Shown in pieces: positions 55,899 to 64,000 of a stretch of DNA of 64,000 nucleotides. Position 1 is the first letter of the stretch. Every line of letters begins with the position of its first letter. The notes under the pieces were generated by a model. The model was not told the DNA's origin. It worked only from the letters and a program-made list of their open reading frames with translations, and did no database searches. The position numbers were made by a program, and so were the translations under genes. This DNA is from an uncultured Nitrososphaeraceae archaeon (GTDB taxonomy: Archaea > Thermoproteota > Nitrososphaeria > Nitrososphaerales > Nitrososphaeraceae), in assembly GCA_963825865.1 (NCBI GenBank), contig CAWGVG010000027.1, positions 121,477 through 185,476 of the forward strand, written 5' to 3'.

Positions 55899-56119
55899 GA
55901 CTATCTAGGTAAAGGATGATATGAGTATGGTTATTGCTGATTATTATGAAACCTTTGCATAGTTTATTATGTCAAACTATATTTGCATCTATTACAAAAA
56001 TGTATAAAGATAAGACTGAATACAAAAACTATGGACTTTTGCATTATCTTTCAAGTGTAGAAATTGAACGCCACTTTAAAAGAAGCATGGTGAAGTTGAA
56101 CATTTGAACCTATTAATTG

Positions 56120-56272
56120 AACATAAATTAGAAAAAGAAAAAGACAACAGGATTGACTGGCGTATAAGTAAAGTCCAGGAGCTAAGTAGCCAGGGACACA
56201 GCCAGAGTGAGATAGCACAGATATTATAGGTATCTAATGGCACCGTTAACAGAGACTTGTCGTACCCTAGAG
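56120..56272 (+). pseudogene. N-terminal HTH remnant of the TerS-like family
   Basis: IDWRISKVQELSSQGHSQSEIAQIL*VSNGTVNRDLSY with an in-frame stop. Confidence 0.7.
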
Positions 56273-56322
56273 AGGGCTTTGGTGTCTTGTGTCGTCCAAT
56301 GCAGTTCGGTTAAAATTACGCC

Positions 56323-56949
56323 TTAGCATACTATCGTTCGAAAAGTTAAGTTTATTCTCGGTCGGGTTATTTTTTTAGACTTGGGTAAGCTATGTAGCCA
56401 ATTCGTTTGTGTAGCATCTTTCATTATAAGCAAACTGCCATGTTCAAGTACAAGTGAAATCGTTTGTTTAGTTTGCTTATGCTTAAATGAAAATTTTCGT
56501 TCTGCTCCAAAACTCAATGAAGCAATGGTAGTATTTTTTCCTAATGATTTTTCATCATCACTATGCCATGCAATACCTTCATTTCCATTGTGATACAAGT
56601 TCAGCAAACAGGAATTGAATTTTGTTTCTGTAAGTTCTTCTACTATTTGCTTAAGGTCTGAAAGTTCTTTAGTCCATGCTAATGCTTGCTTTGTTGTATT
56701 TGAATAAGTATACAAGTAGTCAGAATCACCATACCATGCAACTTTTCTTTTGGTAATGATATGTTTACCAAAAATGACGGCTTCATCGTTTTGCCATAAA
56801 ATATTTTGCAATAACAAATCAAAGTAGCGGTTTGCTTCATTAAGTGTCAATACCTTTCTGTAATAGTTTACAGTGCCGTCTTTATGCAGAAGATTATTGC
56901 TTATACTGTCTTCATTGAATAGATTCCATTTTTCCATTTTTGTATTCAT
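56323..56949 (-). CDS. alkB: AlkB-family 2OG-Fe(II) dioxygenase (ALKBH2/3-like)
   Basis: FNSCLLNLY, WHSDDE (HxD), IASLSFGAER.F, W.HSLPK, RINLTFR. Confidence 0.95.
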   Translation of the reverse strand: MNTKMEKWNLFNEDSISNNLLHKDGTVNYYRKVLTLNEANRYFDLLLQNILWQNDEAVIFGKHIITKRKVAWYGDSDYLYTYSNTTKQALAWTKELSDLKQIVEELTETKFNSCLLNLYHNGNEGIAWHSDDEKSLGKNTTIASLSFGAERKFSFKHKQTKQTISLVLEHGSLLIMKDATQTNWLHSLPKSKKITRPRINLTFRTIVC

Positions 56950-57034
56950 TATTCATGCAGTGCCCCCTCAATGTCGGTCGGTAACCCTGCAATAGTGCTT
57001 CCTGTTCTGAAGTATTTATGTCACAGCAGCCATC

Positions 57035-57397
57035 TCATTGTTTTTGAGGATAGACTCTAACCTTCTTAAATTCGCTAACGATTCCATTGTCAAATGATAT
57101 TCCTTCTTCTTCAAGTAATTCTCTCTTTCTATCACTACCATAAGCGTAACCGCCAGCCTTGCCATCTGACATCACTACCCTGTGACATGGCACTTTGATT
57201 GGGTTCGGATTCTTACCAAGTATTCTCCCTATTTCTCTTGAGGCTAAAGGATTTCCAAGAGCTTTTGCAAGATCTCCATAGGTGGAAACCTTTCCTGCAG
57301 GTATTTTTAGTAACAAATCATAGACATCGCTGTCTTTTATCGTATTTTGGGTTAGATTCTCGTTGTCATAATCCAAACTCTTTTCACGATTTTTATT
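57035..57397 (-). CDS. ogt: O6-methylguanine-DNA methyltransferase (single domain)
   Basis: IPAGKVSTYGDLA, R.IG, NP..VPCHRVV, K..LL..EG. Confidence 0.92.
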   Translation of the reverse strand, partial: NKNREKSLDYDNENLTQNTIKDSDVYDLLLKIPAGKVSTYGDLAKALGNPLASREIGRILGKNPNPIKVPCHRVVMSDGKAGGYAYGSDRKRELLEEEGISFDNGIVSEFKKVRVYPQKQ

Positions 57398-57406
57398 CAT
57401 GATATG

Positions 57407-57458
57407 TGATATCATGATAGCATTATATAAATGTACATTGTTCCGCTATCATGATAGC
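57407..57458. promoter_or_regulatory. Twin palindromic operator boxes between ogt and the RHH-MEDS gene
   Basis: gatatcatgatagc (57408-57421) and perfect gctatcatgatagc (57445-57458), interleaved with TATA-like ttatataa (57423) and tttataaa (57463). Confidence 0.7.
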
Positions 57459-57495
57459 AGTATTTATAAATACTCGTTAACGAGATAATGTATTC

Positions 57496-58206
57496 GTGAC
57501 ACATACTCTGATTATCAGAGGATTTGATGATCAAGTTCATGAGCAGTTAGGAGAGATGTCAAATCAAAGAGGAGTTTCCATAAATTCAATAGTAAAAGAT
57601 GCTGTAGATACGTGGCTAAAAAAACAGCTGAATCAGAAGTACCTAGAAAACATCATCTTGTAATCTATTCAGATGATGAATCTATGATGCGAATGCTAAA
57701 GTCCATGGATAGGTTTGCCAAAGAAGGTAACTTGTTCAGATGCTTTTACGGACCACCGCACTGTCCTTCTACTGAACTTCTATCTAAACTCAAATGGTAT
57801 GATGGTACGGTTGAGCCTTATCTATATTCTTCTACTCCAAAATCTAAAGAGGGAACAGCAATTACAAATCCAAAACCACAAAAATATCCTGAAATATTGT
57901 GGCAAAGTACTAGAAAATATTGTTAAGAATGCTTCTAATAAACAGATATGCTGTTTGGATTTTCTAATGAATGACATGAAAAAATCTTCGCTAAAGAATG
58001 CTCTAAATATAGAGAAAGTTTATGACGACAATAGAATAGCTGGATTGATGTACTGTGCATACAAGACTGACAATATATTAAATTTGCAAATAAAACATCT
58101 GATAGAACTGTTCGAAATGCATGATCAAATCTTTATATTAAAAGAAGATGAAGTATACAAACTTCATGTGACCAAAGAAAATGTTCACAAGTTATTCCTA
58201 AGCTAA
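57496..58206 (+). CDS. Ribbon-helix-helix + MEDS-like sensory domain regulator (indels near 57625 and 57870)
   Basis: MTHTLIIRGFDDQVHEQLGEMSNQRGVSINSIVKDAVDTWL (RHH); HHLVIYSD...LMYCAY...LFEMHDQIF (MEDS-like). Confidence 0.7.
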
Positions 58207-58519
58207 CTGAAATGGATTACAAAGAGATACAAGTCAATATTAGAGATACAATCAAAGGAGGCTATATAGAAATCAATATCTATGTGGACCTTCACGGTTA
58301 CATCGTCGCCTCCCGAGAGATAAGAGGCGACGCTGGGGTGCCTATCTCGTTGGAACTGAGGACTGGGGACTTGTTTGCGGCGGCGTCAGGAGAGCGCTTG
58401 TGATAACCTTCCTCCTCCCGTAGCTGACCTACCTAATGAAAGAAAGATCAAGAACGGAGGCATCTATTAAACGAGTGTCTATTTGTTTATGGTATGCCTT
58501 AAGATTTACTCTATCGAGT

Positions 58520-58684
58520 CGCAGTTCTTTAGCTATATGACTTAAAGAACTTGAAAATAATGGCATTTTGGAAAGACGGGCATACAACGAAATTCCACCA
58601 AGAGTAGAATATAACTTAACAAATAAAGGGCAAGAACTTGTTGAGTCTGTGATTAACTTGTTGCAGTGGATGAGGAGATGGTAG
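58520..58684 (+). pseudogene. HxlR-family wHTH, C-terminal fragment
   Basis: LKELENNGILERRAYNEIPPRVEYNLTNKGQEL, preceded by a stop. Confidence 0.8.
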
Positions 58685-58775
58685 TCTAAATCTAAAATAT
58701 GATAGGTGATTCATGGACAACTATATTTTGGAAATGATTAATAGAAGTTTAATGTAGAACTGCAATACATGAAGA

Positions 58776-59064
58776 TCAAATGTGCAGATTGTTTGTTCTG
58801 GTTCTAGTGAAGGACATGGAAGCGTTGATGAAGGGTTTTGCCATCACAACAAGGAAATTTACTCCTCCTCTTTTCTTCCTTCGATGGTGTGAGGATACGT
58901 TGATTGCGTATTGTTTGGCATCTTCTACTACACCTTCTCCTATCATTAACCCCAAACCAATTTGGTTATCTATCATGGCACTATATTGTGATAACGAATC
59001 TGTGAAAACTTCTACAGAATGTCTGTCTACAGTCCTATCAATAATTCTGTATCCTGTCGTGCAT
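58776..59064 (-). CDS. Hypothetical protein (5' indel)
   Basis: Open frame DRTVDRHSVEVF..IDNQIGLGLMIGEGVVEDAKQYA, just downstream of the 59115 gene. Confidence 0.45.
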
Positions 59065-59114
59065 TAGCTGGTCAACTATTGGCTAGTAATACTTTCCATA
59101 ACCTATAATAATTA

Positions 59115-59792
59115 TTAACTAATTGCCTTGAAAAATTTTCTAACAAGTTCCTTTTGATCCGACTGCAATCCATTAAATGCTTCAATAAGTTCTCTTTCTA
59201 TTGCTATCTGCTTTGAGATTACAACCCGTAAGTTTTTGATTTCTATTGGCGTTATCTTATCAATTAAACCAGTGCTATACGCGTAGATGTATTCGTTGAT
59301 GATTTTATATATAAACGACGGAGACATCTTTATCAATAGCAGAATTCCCTGACACATTATCTTTTCATTCTGATCTCTGACTGGAATAGAGGACAGATAT
59401 GATTCTAGCATTTTCATTCTGTTATCGCCAACTTCCTCTATAGATGAAGCAACAAGTAACCCTGACTCTGTTAGTTCATAAAAAGGAACACCTTCTAGTT
59501 GAAGAGCTCTAGGGCCACGTCGTAAGGGTAACCTTCCTCCTACTTTTACGATGCCGCATGGAATCAGAGCCTCATCTAGATCCCTGAAAATTCCAGAATA
59601 GATATTTTGCCATAAAATATCATGCTTCTTCGCAATAACATGTGCAATTGAAGTTCTAGTTCGTAGTTCGGGGCTCTGTTCTGTAGCCAGGTGAGCAATA
59701 ATTCCCCGCTGCCTTTTTGCTTCGCCAGTATACTTATCCTTACGTGTTTTGAAGGTATCAAATATTGCAATACTACCCTTATCCTCTTTCAA
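59115..59792 (-). CDS. Conserved thaumarchaeal-type wHTH-like protein
   Basis: TRTSIAHVIAKK..WQNIYSGIFRDL..GRLPLRRGP..PFYELTESG. Confidence 0.75.
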   Translation of the reverse strand: MKEDKGSIAIFDTFKTRKDKYTGEAKRQRGIIAHLATEQSPELRTRTSIAHVIAKKHDILWQNIYSGIFRDLDEALIPCGIVKVGGRLPLRRGPRALQLEGVPFYELTESGLLVASSIEEVGDNRMKMLESYLSSIPVRDQNEKIMCQGILLLIKMSPSFIYKIINEYIYAYSTGLIDKITPIEIKNLRVVISKQIAIERELIEAFNGLQSDQKELVRKFFKAIS

Positions 59793-60141
59793 ATGGATTC
59801 ACTCCAAGCTTTTTTAATATTATATATGTTATACCAATGTATGATAATTACTTATTTTATAAATAAATCTTTATACTGAATTTATATATAGAGAATTTAT
59901 TAAGATTTTATACAAATATTACGATCCATAATTATATCTACATCTGCGCGATTGAGATAAAAGCATCAAGTGTTATCTTGTCTCTTTATCAATCAACATT
60001 GACTTTTATTGATGTGTGATCTCCAACTCGACTCCTTTTTCAGCTTTCATAGATTGTGCTAAAAAGCGTTCCGTATCCGATCCTTTTCATCTCTACGACG
60101 TTGCTTATCTATACTAGCTTTGGGAATAATACTGTGGTCTT

Positions 60142-60390
60142 TTAATCCCTCGAGGCAGTTGATGTACTCGCTTCGGCAGTTATTTCAAGTCGACCATTGA
60201 TTGTCCAATTAGCACTACCAATCTCCTGGCCATTTGGACCCACTGCTTTAGGAATATCTATTATTAGATTCTCAAATGTATAAGTTACTGATGCTCCTTT
60301 GCCTGTAAGTCTGTCAAAAAGTTGTCCGATCAAGTCTGCCCATTGACCTGCTACCTGTGATGTTTTTTCATTGGTAGTATTTTTACTCAT
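60142..60390 (-). CDS. Small conserved hypothetical protein
   Basis: MSKNTTNEK..QWADLIGQLFDRLTGKGASVTYTFENL. Confidence 0.65.
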   Translation of the reverse strand: MSKNTTNEKTSQVAGQWADLIGQLFDRLTGKGASVTYTFENLIIDIPKAVGPNGQEIGSANWTINGRLEITAEASTSTASRD

Positions 60391-60738
60391 AGTTATTGTA
60401 ATACATACAACTATGAATTTAAAAGCATACAAGATTATTTCTATGTCATTTTACCAACGATAGATCAGAATTGATATTTAAAGATATTATAATATATAAA
60501 ATATCCACTGAATATAAAATAATGAGTTTAATTGCAGAGCCTGTGAATGATAAATAGACTTTCCAAATGTGAGGACTTTTTATGAATACATACAGGTTTA
60601 TAGGCAGGTTTTTAAAAGTTACAACACCCAAATAATATATAAAGTAAATTGTTTATTTACAAAAAAATGATTTGATGTATCAAAGTGTCACTGTTCATAG
60701 TATTTATCTTTATTCTAGCAATAATATTTTTCCTTCCT

Positions 60739-61691
60739 TTATTCTAAATTAATACGGCAACTATCTTGCTGAACTTCTACGTAAATTTTTGATGGGTTGA
60801 TGTAAGGAATAATTTGCTTTACTTTCTGTTCTATATGATCAATTACTGATTCAATTTCATCGGTATTCAAACCATCCATTAAACTTACTTCTATAGCAAC
60901 CAACACATCTTCTGCAGCAAAGTGCATTGTTCGCATTGAAATTATTCGATTTACTTCTGGAATTTCGCGAACTAGGTCATCAATTCTTTTATAGTCCTTT
61001 CTTGAAATTGCTTCGCCTATAAGTAATGCCTTATTTTCTTTCGCTAAAAAGAAAGCGAAAACCATCAGTACAACACCTATACAAAGTGATCCTATGCCAT
61101 CAAAGATCGTATTTCTTGTCGTCTCTGATAGTGAAATGCTGATTCCAGCAATAACTATACCAAGCAATGCTGCGGAATCTTCAACTATCACTGTTAGGAT
61201 TGAGGGATCCTTGCTCTCTTGAAACTCTTTAGTAAAGTACTAAAACTAACTTTTTCCCCCCGTGCTTCAATGGTTTGTTTAAATAAATAAAGAGCAACCC
61301 TTAATGCATTTCCTTCAAATACTGCTGATATGGTCAGAATTATATAGCTTAGAGTAACGTTTTCGATATGATGTTCTTTACCAAATATCGTACCAAAACC
61401 CTGCTCTACGGAAAGAATTCCCGATATTCCAAAGATCATAGTTGCAACAATAAAGGACCAGAAGAACTGCTCTTTACCATGACCGAAGGGATGTCGTTCA
61501 CTGGCAGCCTTAGAACTTGTTTTAATACCAATTAAAATCAAAATTTGGTTAATTGTATCTGAAAATGAATGAAGGGTCTCAGCCCACATTGCGATACTTC
61601 CTGTGAAGATGGTCGCAGTGAGTTTGGATAATGCTATCCCAAGATTGCCAAATAAAGCAGCATATACTGCCTTTTTAGATCGGTCTTTCAA
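60739..61691 (-). CDS. Cation diffusion facilitator transporter (indel near 61230)
   Basis: AETLHSFSDTINQ, HPFGHGKEQFFW, EDSAALLG, DGIGS. Confidence 0.92.
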
Positions 61692-62010
61692 CCTATCGTC
61701 CTCAATTAGATCATCATAATGATAATAATAATATATATTAAAAGAATTGTTATAGGGGCTAAGTAAAACCCATCAATCGCTATTATAACGAGATTTGTCA
61801 GCCTATGAGTATATGTTGAATATGCTATATATCAGAAAAAGATGTTCTATCTGTAGGATGCCACCTTGAATGATCAAGAATTTTCCAAAATAAAGAATAT
61901 GCGTAATATCTTTTCCTATCTATTTGGACTTGTGCAAGAGAACCATCCATACATATGTTACTTATTTAATGTTATAATAGACTGACCATTGTAAAGAAAT
62001 ATGTCTTTCT

Positions 62011-62577
62011 TTGTGGAAAATAAAGGTTGAAAAATTGAAGAAGACAGCTATGGCGATTTACGAACTTGGAGATACATTCACTTCAATTATAGGCATCCAA
62101 GCAATACAGATGAAAGACACAGGGAAAGTCATTGATGACTTACGTCATATATCCAATAAAGTATCATTACAGGCAATTAATGCAAACATTGTTTATGGCA
62201 TTGAGCAGATAATTGAAGTTTTGAAGATTACTTTAGAATCGGAAAAAAGGAAAATAATGGTTGCAAGCAAGCCAGAAATGGATCTTTTACTTAGACTATC
62301 TTGCACTGATCAAATATCACGTGCTTTGAAGTATGGTGGTTTAAAAAATAATACTAACAGCTGTTTTATTATTTTATCGAAGGATAAAAGAGAATTGTTA
62401 AAGGTTATGGGCTATATTCAAAGATCATTTGAAGTAAATAATGCTATTTTAAAACCTAGCAAAGCAAAGAGAAAAATGATCTCTGATAATATAGGCCTGA
62501 CTACCAACAAAATTTTCAATGATGATCGCCTCTTTATGAGGTATCTTTTGGAAAGAGCATCTCTTGTCACAAAATAG
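62011..62577 (+). CDS. cgi121: KEOPS complex subunit Cgi121
   Basis: ASKPEMDLLLRLSCTDQISRALKYGGLK. Confidence 0.8.
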   Translation: MWKIKVEKLKKTAMAIYELGDTFTSIIGIQAIQMKDTGKVIDDLRHISNKVSLQAINANIVYGIEQIIEVLKITLESEKRKIMVASKPEMDLLLRLSCTDQISRALKYGGLKNNTNSCFIILSKDKRELLKVMGYIQRSFEVNNAILKPSKAKRKMISDNIGLTTNKIFNDDRLFMRYLLERASLVTK

Positions 62578-63097
62578 CGCTATTTCGCTTTTCCACAACT
62601 GAGCTAAATATTTGATTGGGTTTCAATACAGAAATACCAGCCAATCCTCCAACTATCTCCACCAGTATAACCCAATCTGGATTTTCTAGATCCACTTTAT
62701 TGTCAATTTCTTTCGCAGTTGCTGCAATTACTTCAGAAGAACCAAGCAAAGTGTGTCTTGTTTCTACAGTAATTCTAAATGTGTCACTATTTTGCATTTT
62801 TAAAGCAAGCTTTTTTGCGGTATTTTTTATACTTACCAATTCTGTTGGGACTACTGATTCTATTGGTAGCAGCCTTAGAATGTAATGGATTTGCCAAGGT
62901 TCATTTTTTACTAATTCTCGAAATGTATTTACAATTTGAAATGGATTAAGTTTAGTATATCCAAGCACGATACCAGTAATATTAGTAGTTTGAGATTCTG
63001 ATTCATGGTCTCCTAAATTTTCAAGAATGTTAAGGAGTTCATCCTGTGCATCTTCCTCTCTGTATCTAAAAGTCGAAACTATCAGATTGAAAGTCAT
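62567..63097 (-). CDS. THUMP-domain protein (Tan1-like)
   Basis: TFRITVETRH...KVDLENPDWVILVEIVG. Confidence 0.88.
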   Translation of the reverse strand: MTFNLIVSTFRYREEDAQDELLNILENLGDHESESQTTNITGIVLGYTKLNPFQIVNTFRELVKNEPWQIHYILRLLPIESVVPTELVSIKNTAKKLALKMQNSDTFRITVETRHTLLGSSEVIAATAKEIDNKVDLENPDWVILVEIVGGLAGISVLKPNQIFSSVVEKRNSAIL

Positions 63098-63800
63098 TAC
63101 TATCAAATCTATTACTCGCAAGCACCTTGTAAATTTCTTGTGATGTGATAGCTCTTTCTCTGATGATTTTTGGAGTGAAATCAGTTAGGTCCACTATTGT
63201 GGATTCGACTCCTCCTTCTACGGTTCCTCCATCTAAAAGTGCATCAAAACCATGCAAAGGTGAAGATATAATTTCAGAAGGGTTCTTAGAGGGATTTTCA
63301 CCCGATTTGTTTGCACTTGTACCTACAAGATATTTACAACGTCTGAGTAGCGAGAGAATGCATTTATTGTTGGGAATCCTGACCCCAATACTCATTTTGC
63401 CAGAGGTCACTTTAGTCGATATATTTTCATCTATGATTGGAGATATTATAGTAAGTGCTCCTGGCCAATACGTTCTAGCTAGCAATTTTCCAATTTTACC
63501 TAATGACACGATTTTTTCTATATCATGTATATTGGATGCTAAAATGGGAAGGGGATTATTTTTATTACGACCTTTTATTTTAAAAATCCTTTCAACTGAT
63601 TTATCATTGTATGGATTACAGCCTATTCCGTAAATTGTATCAGTCGGATAAACAATTACTCCTCCAGACATTACTAACGATGCGCATTGGAATATTTCTA
63701 TATCTTTATGACAGTCAAAAACTCTAAATTGTCTTTTTTGATTAGCCGTTCCATTTCTCTTATTCCTTAAAAGACAATCTGCTCTGGATGATTTACACAA
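63066..63800 (-). CDS. sua5: Threonylcarbamoyl-AMP synthase Sua5/YrdC (true start probably near 63725)
   Basis: YPTDTIYGIG, IKGR..NPL, YWPGALT, GVRIP, TSANKSG, STIVD. Confidence 0.95.
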   Translation of the reverse strand: MCKSSRADCLLRNKRNGTANQKRQFRVFDCHKDIEIFQCASLVMSGGVIVYPTDTIYGIGCNPYNDKSVERIFKIKGRNKNNPLPILASNIHDIEKIVSLGKIGKLLARTYWPGALTIISPIIDENISTKVTSGKMSIGVRIPNNKCILSLLRRCKYLVGTSANKSGENPSKNPSEIISSPLHGFDALLDGGTVEGGVESTIVDLTDFTPKIIRERAITSQEIYKVLASNRFDSNDFQSDSFDF

Positions 63801-64000
63801 TTGTTTTCTAACATAGAGATACTTTGGCTAGAGAAGACTAAAATATAGGACTATCTTTTGCAACGCAATACACTCGATAGCTAACTTTGCATTAACTAAA
63901 ATCAAAGATATTGATTTCAGTATTATACTACTAATTTGAATCACACTTGTTTATTTTTTTTATTAATGAGTATATTATCTCAATTTGAAGGAAAAGATGA

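Noticed and set aside
946-61691. Many frameshifts (rps25e, SDR, fttA, lysS, rnz, CDF, integrase, primase) as programmed frameshifting or pseudogenisation
   Set aside because: They are scattered single-base indels, often at short homopolymers, and hit essential genes. Long-read consensus error is the simplest explanation; read polishing would settle it.
62011-63800. cgi121-THUMP-sua5 and ncs6-ffs-trmG10-rnz clusters as novel systems
   Set aside because: Ordinary clustering of known tRNA-modification and processing genes.

Overview
AT-rich archaeal DNA. The gene content points to a soil-type ammonia-oxidising archaeon (Nitrososphaeraceae-like): Elp3, class I LysRS, aCPSF1, ScpAB, S8e, S25e, Rpo6, EndA, Cgi121, Sua5, archaeal SRP RNA and many thaumarchaeal-type hypotheticals. 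Single-base frameshifts hit many essential genes, which most likely reflects an unpolished long-read assembly, so split ORFs are merged below. Main points of interest: (1) an ~11 kb integrated element (~38.9-49.7 kb) laid out like a phage-inducible chromosomal island: tyrosine integrase, divergent wHTH/AbrB switch, PrimPol-SF3 helicase, an inverted-iteron origin, cargo genes and a TerS-like HTH gene, with relics of related elements elsewhere in the window; (2) a two-domain SDR resembling the C-terminal half of Chloroflexus-type malonyl-CoA reductase, a candidate for the step I recall as unassigned in the thaumarchaeal 3HP/4HB cycle; (3) an RHH-MEDS sensor-regulator transcribed divergently from MGMT and AlkB genes, with twin palindromic operators; (4) a large repeat-rich PKD surface protein; (5) an IS with an 8-bp target-site duplication. 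All family assignments come from motif recognition by eye; no searches were run.
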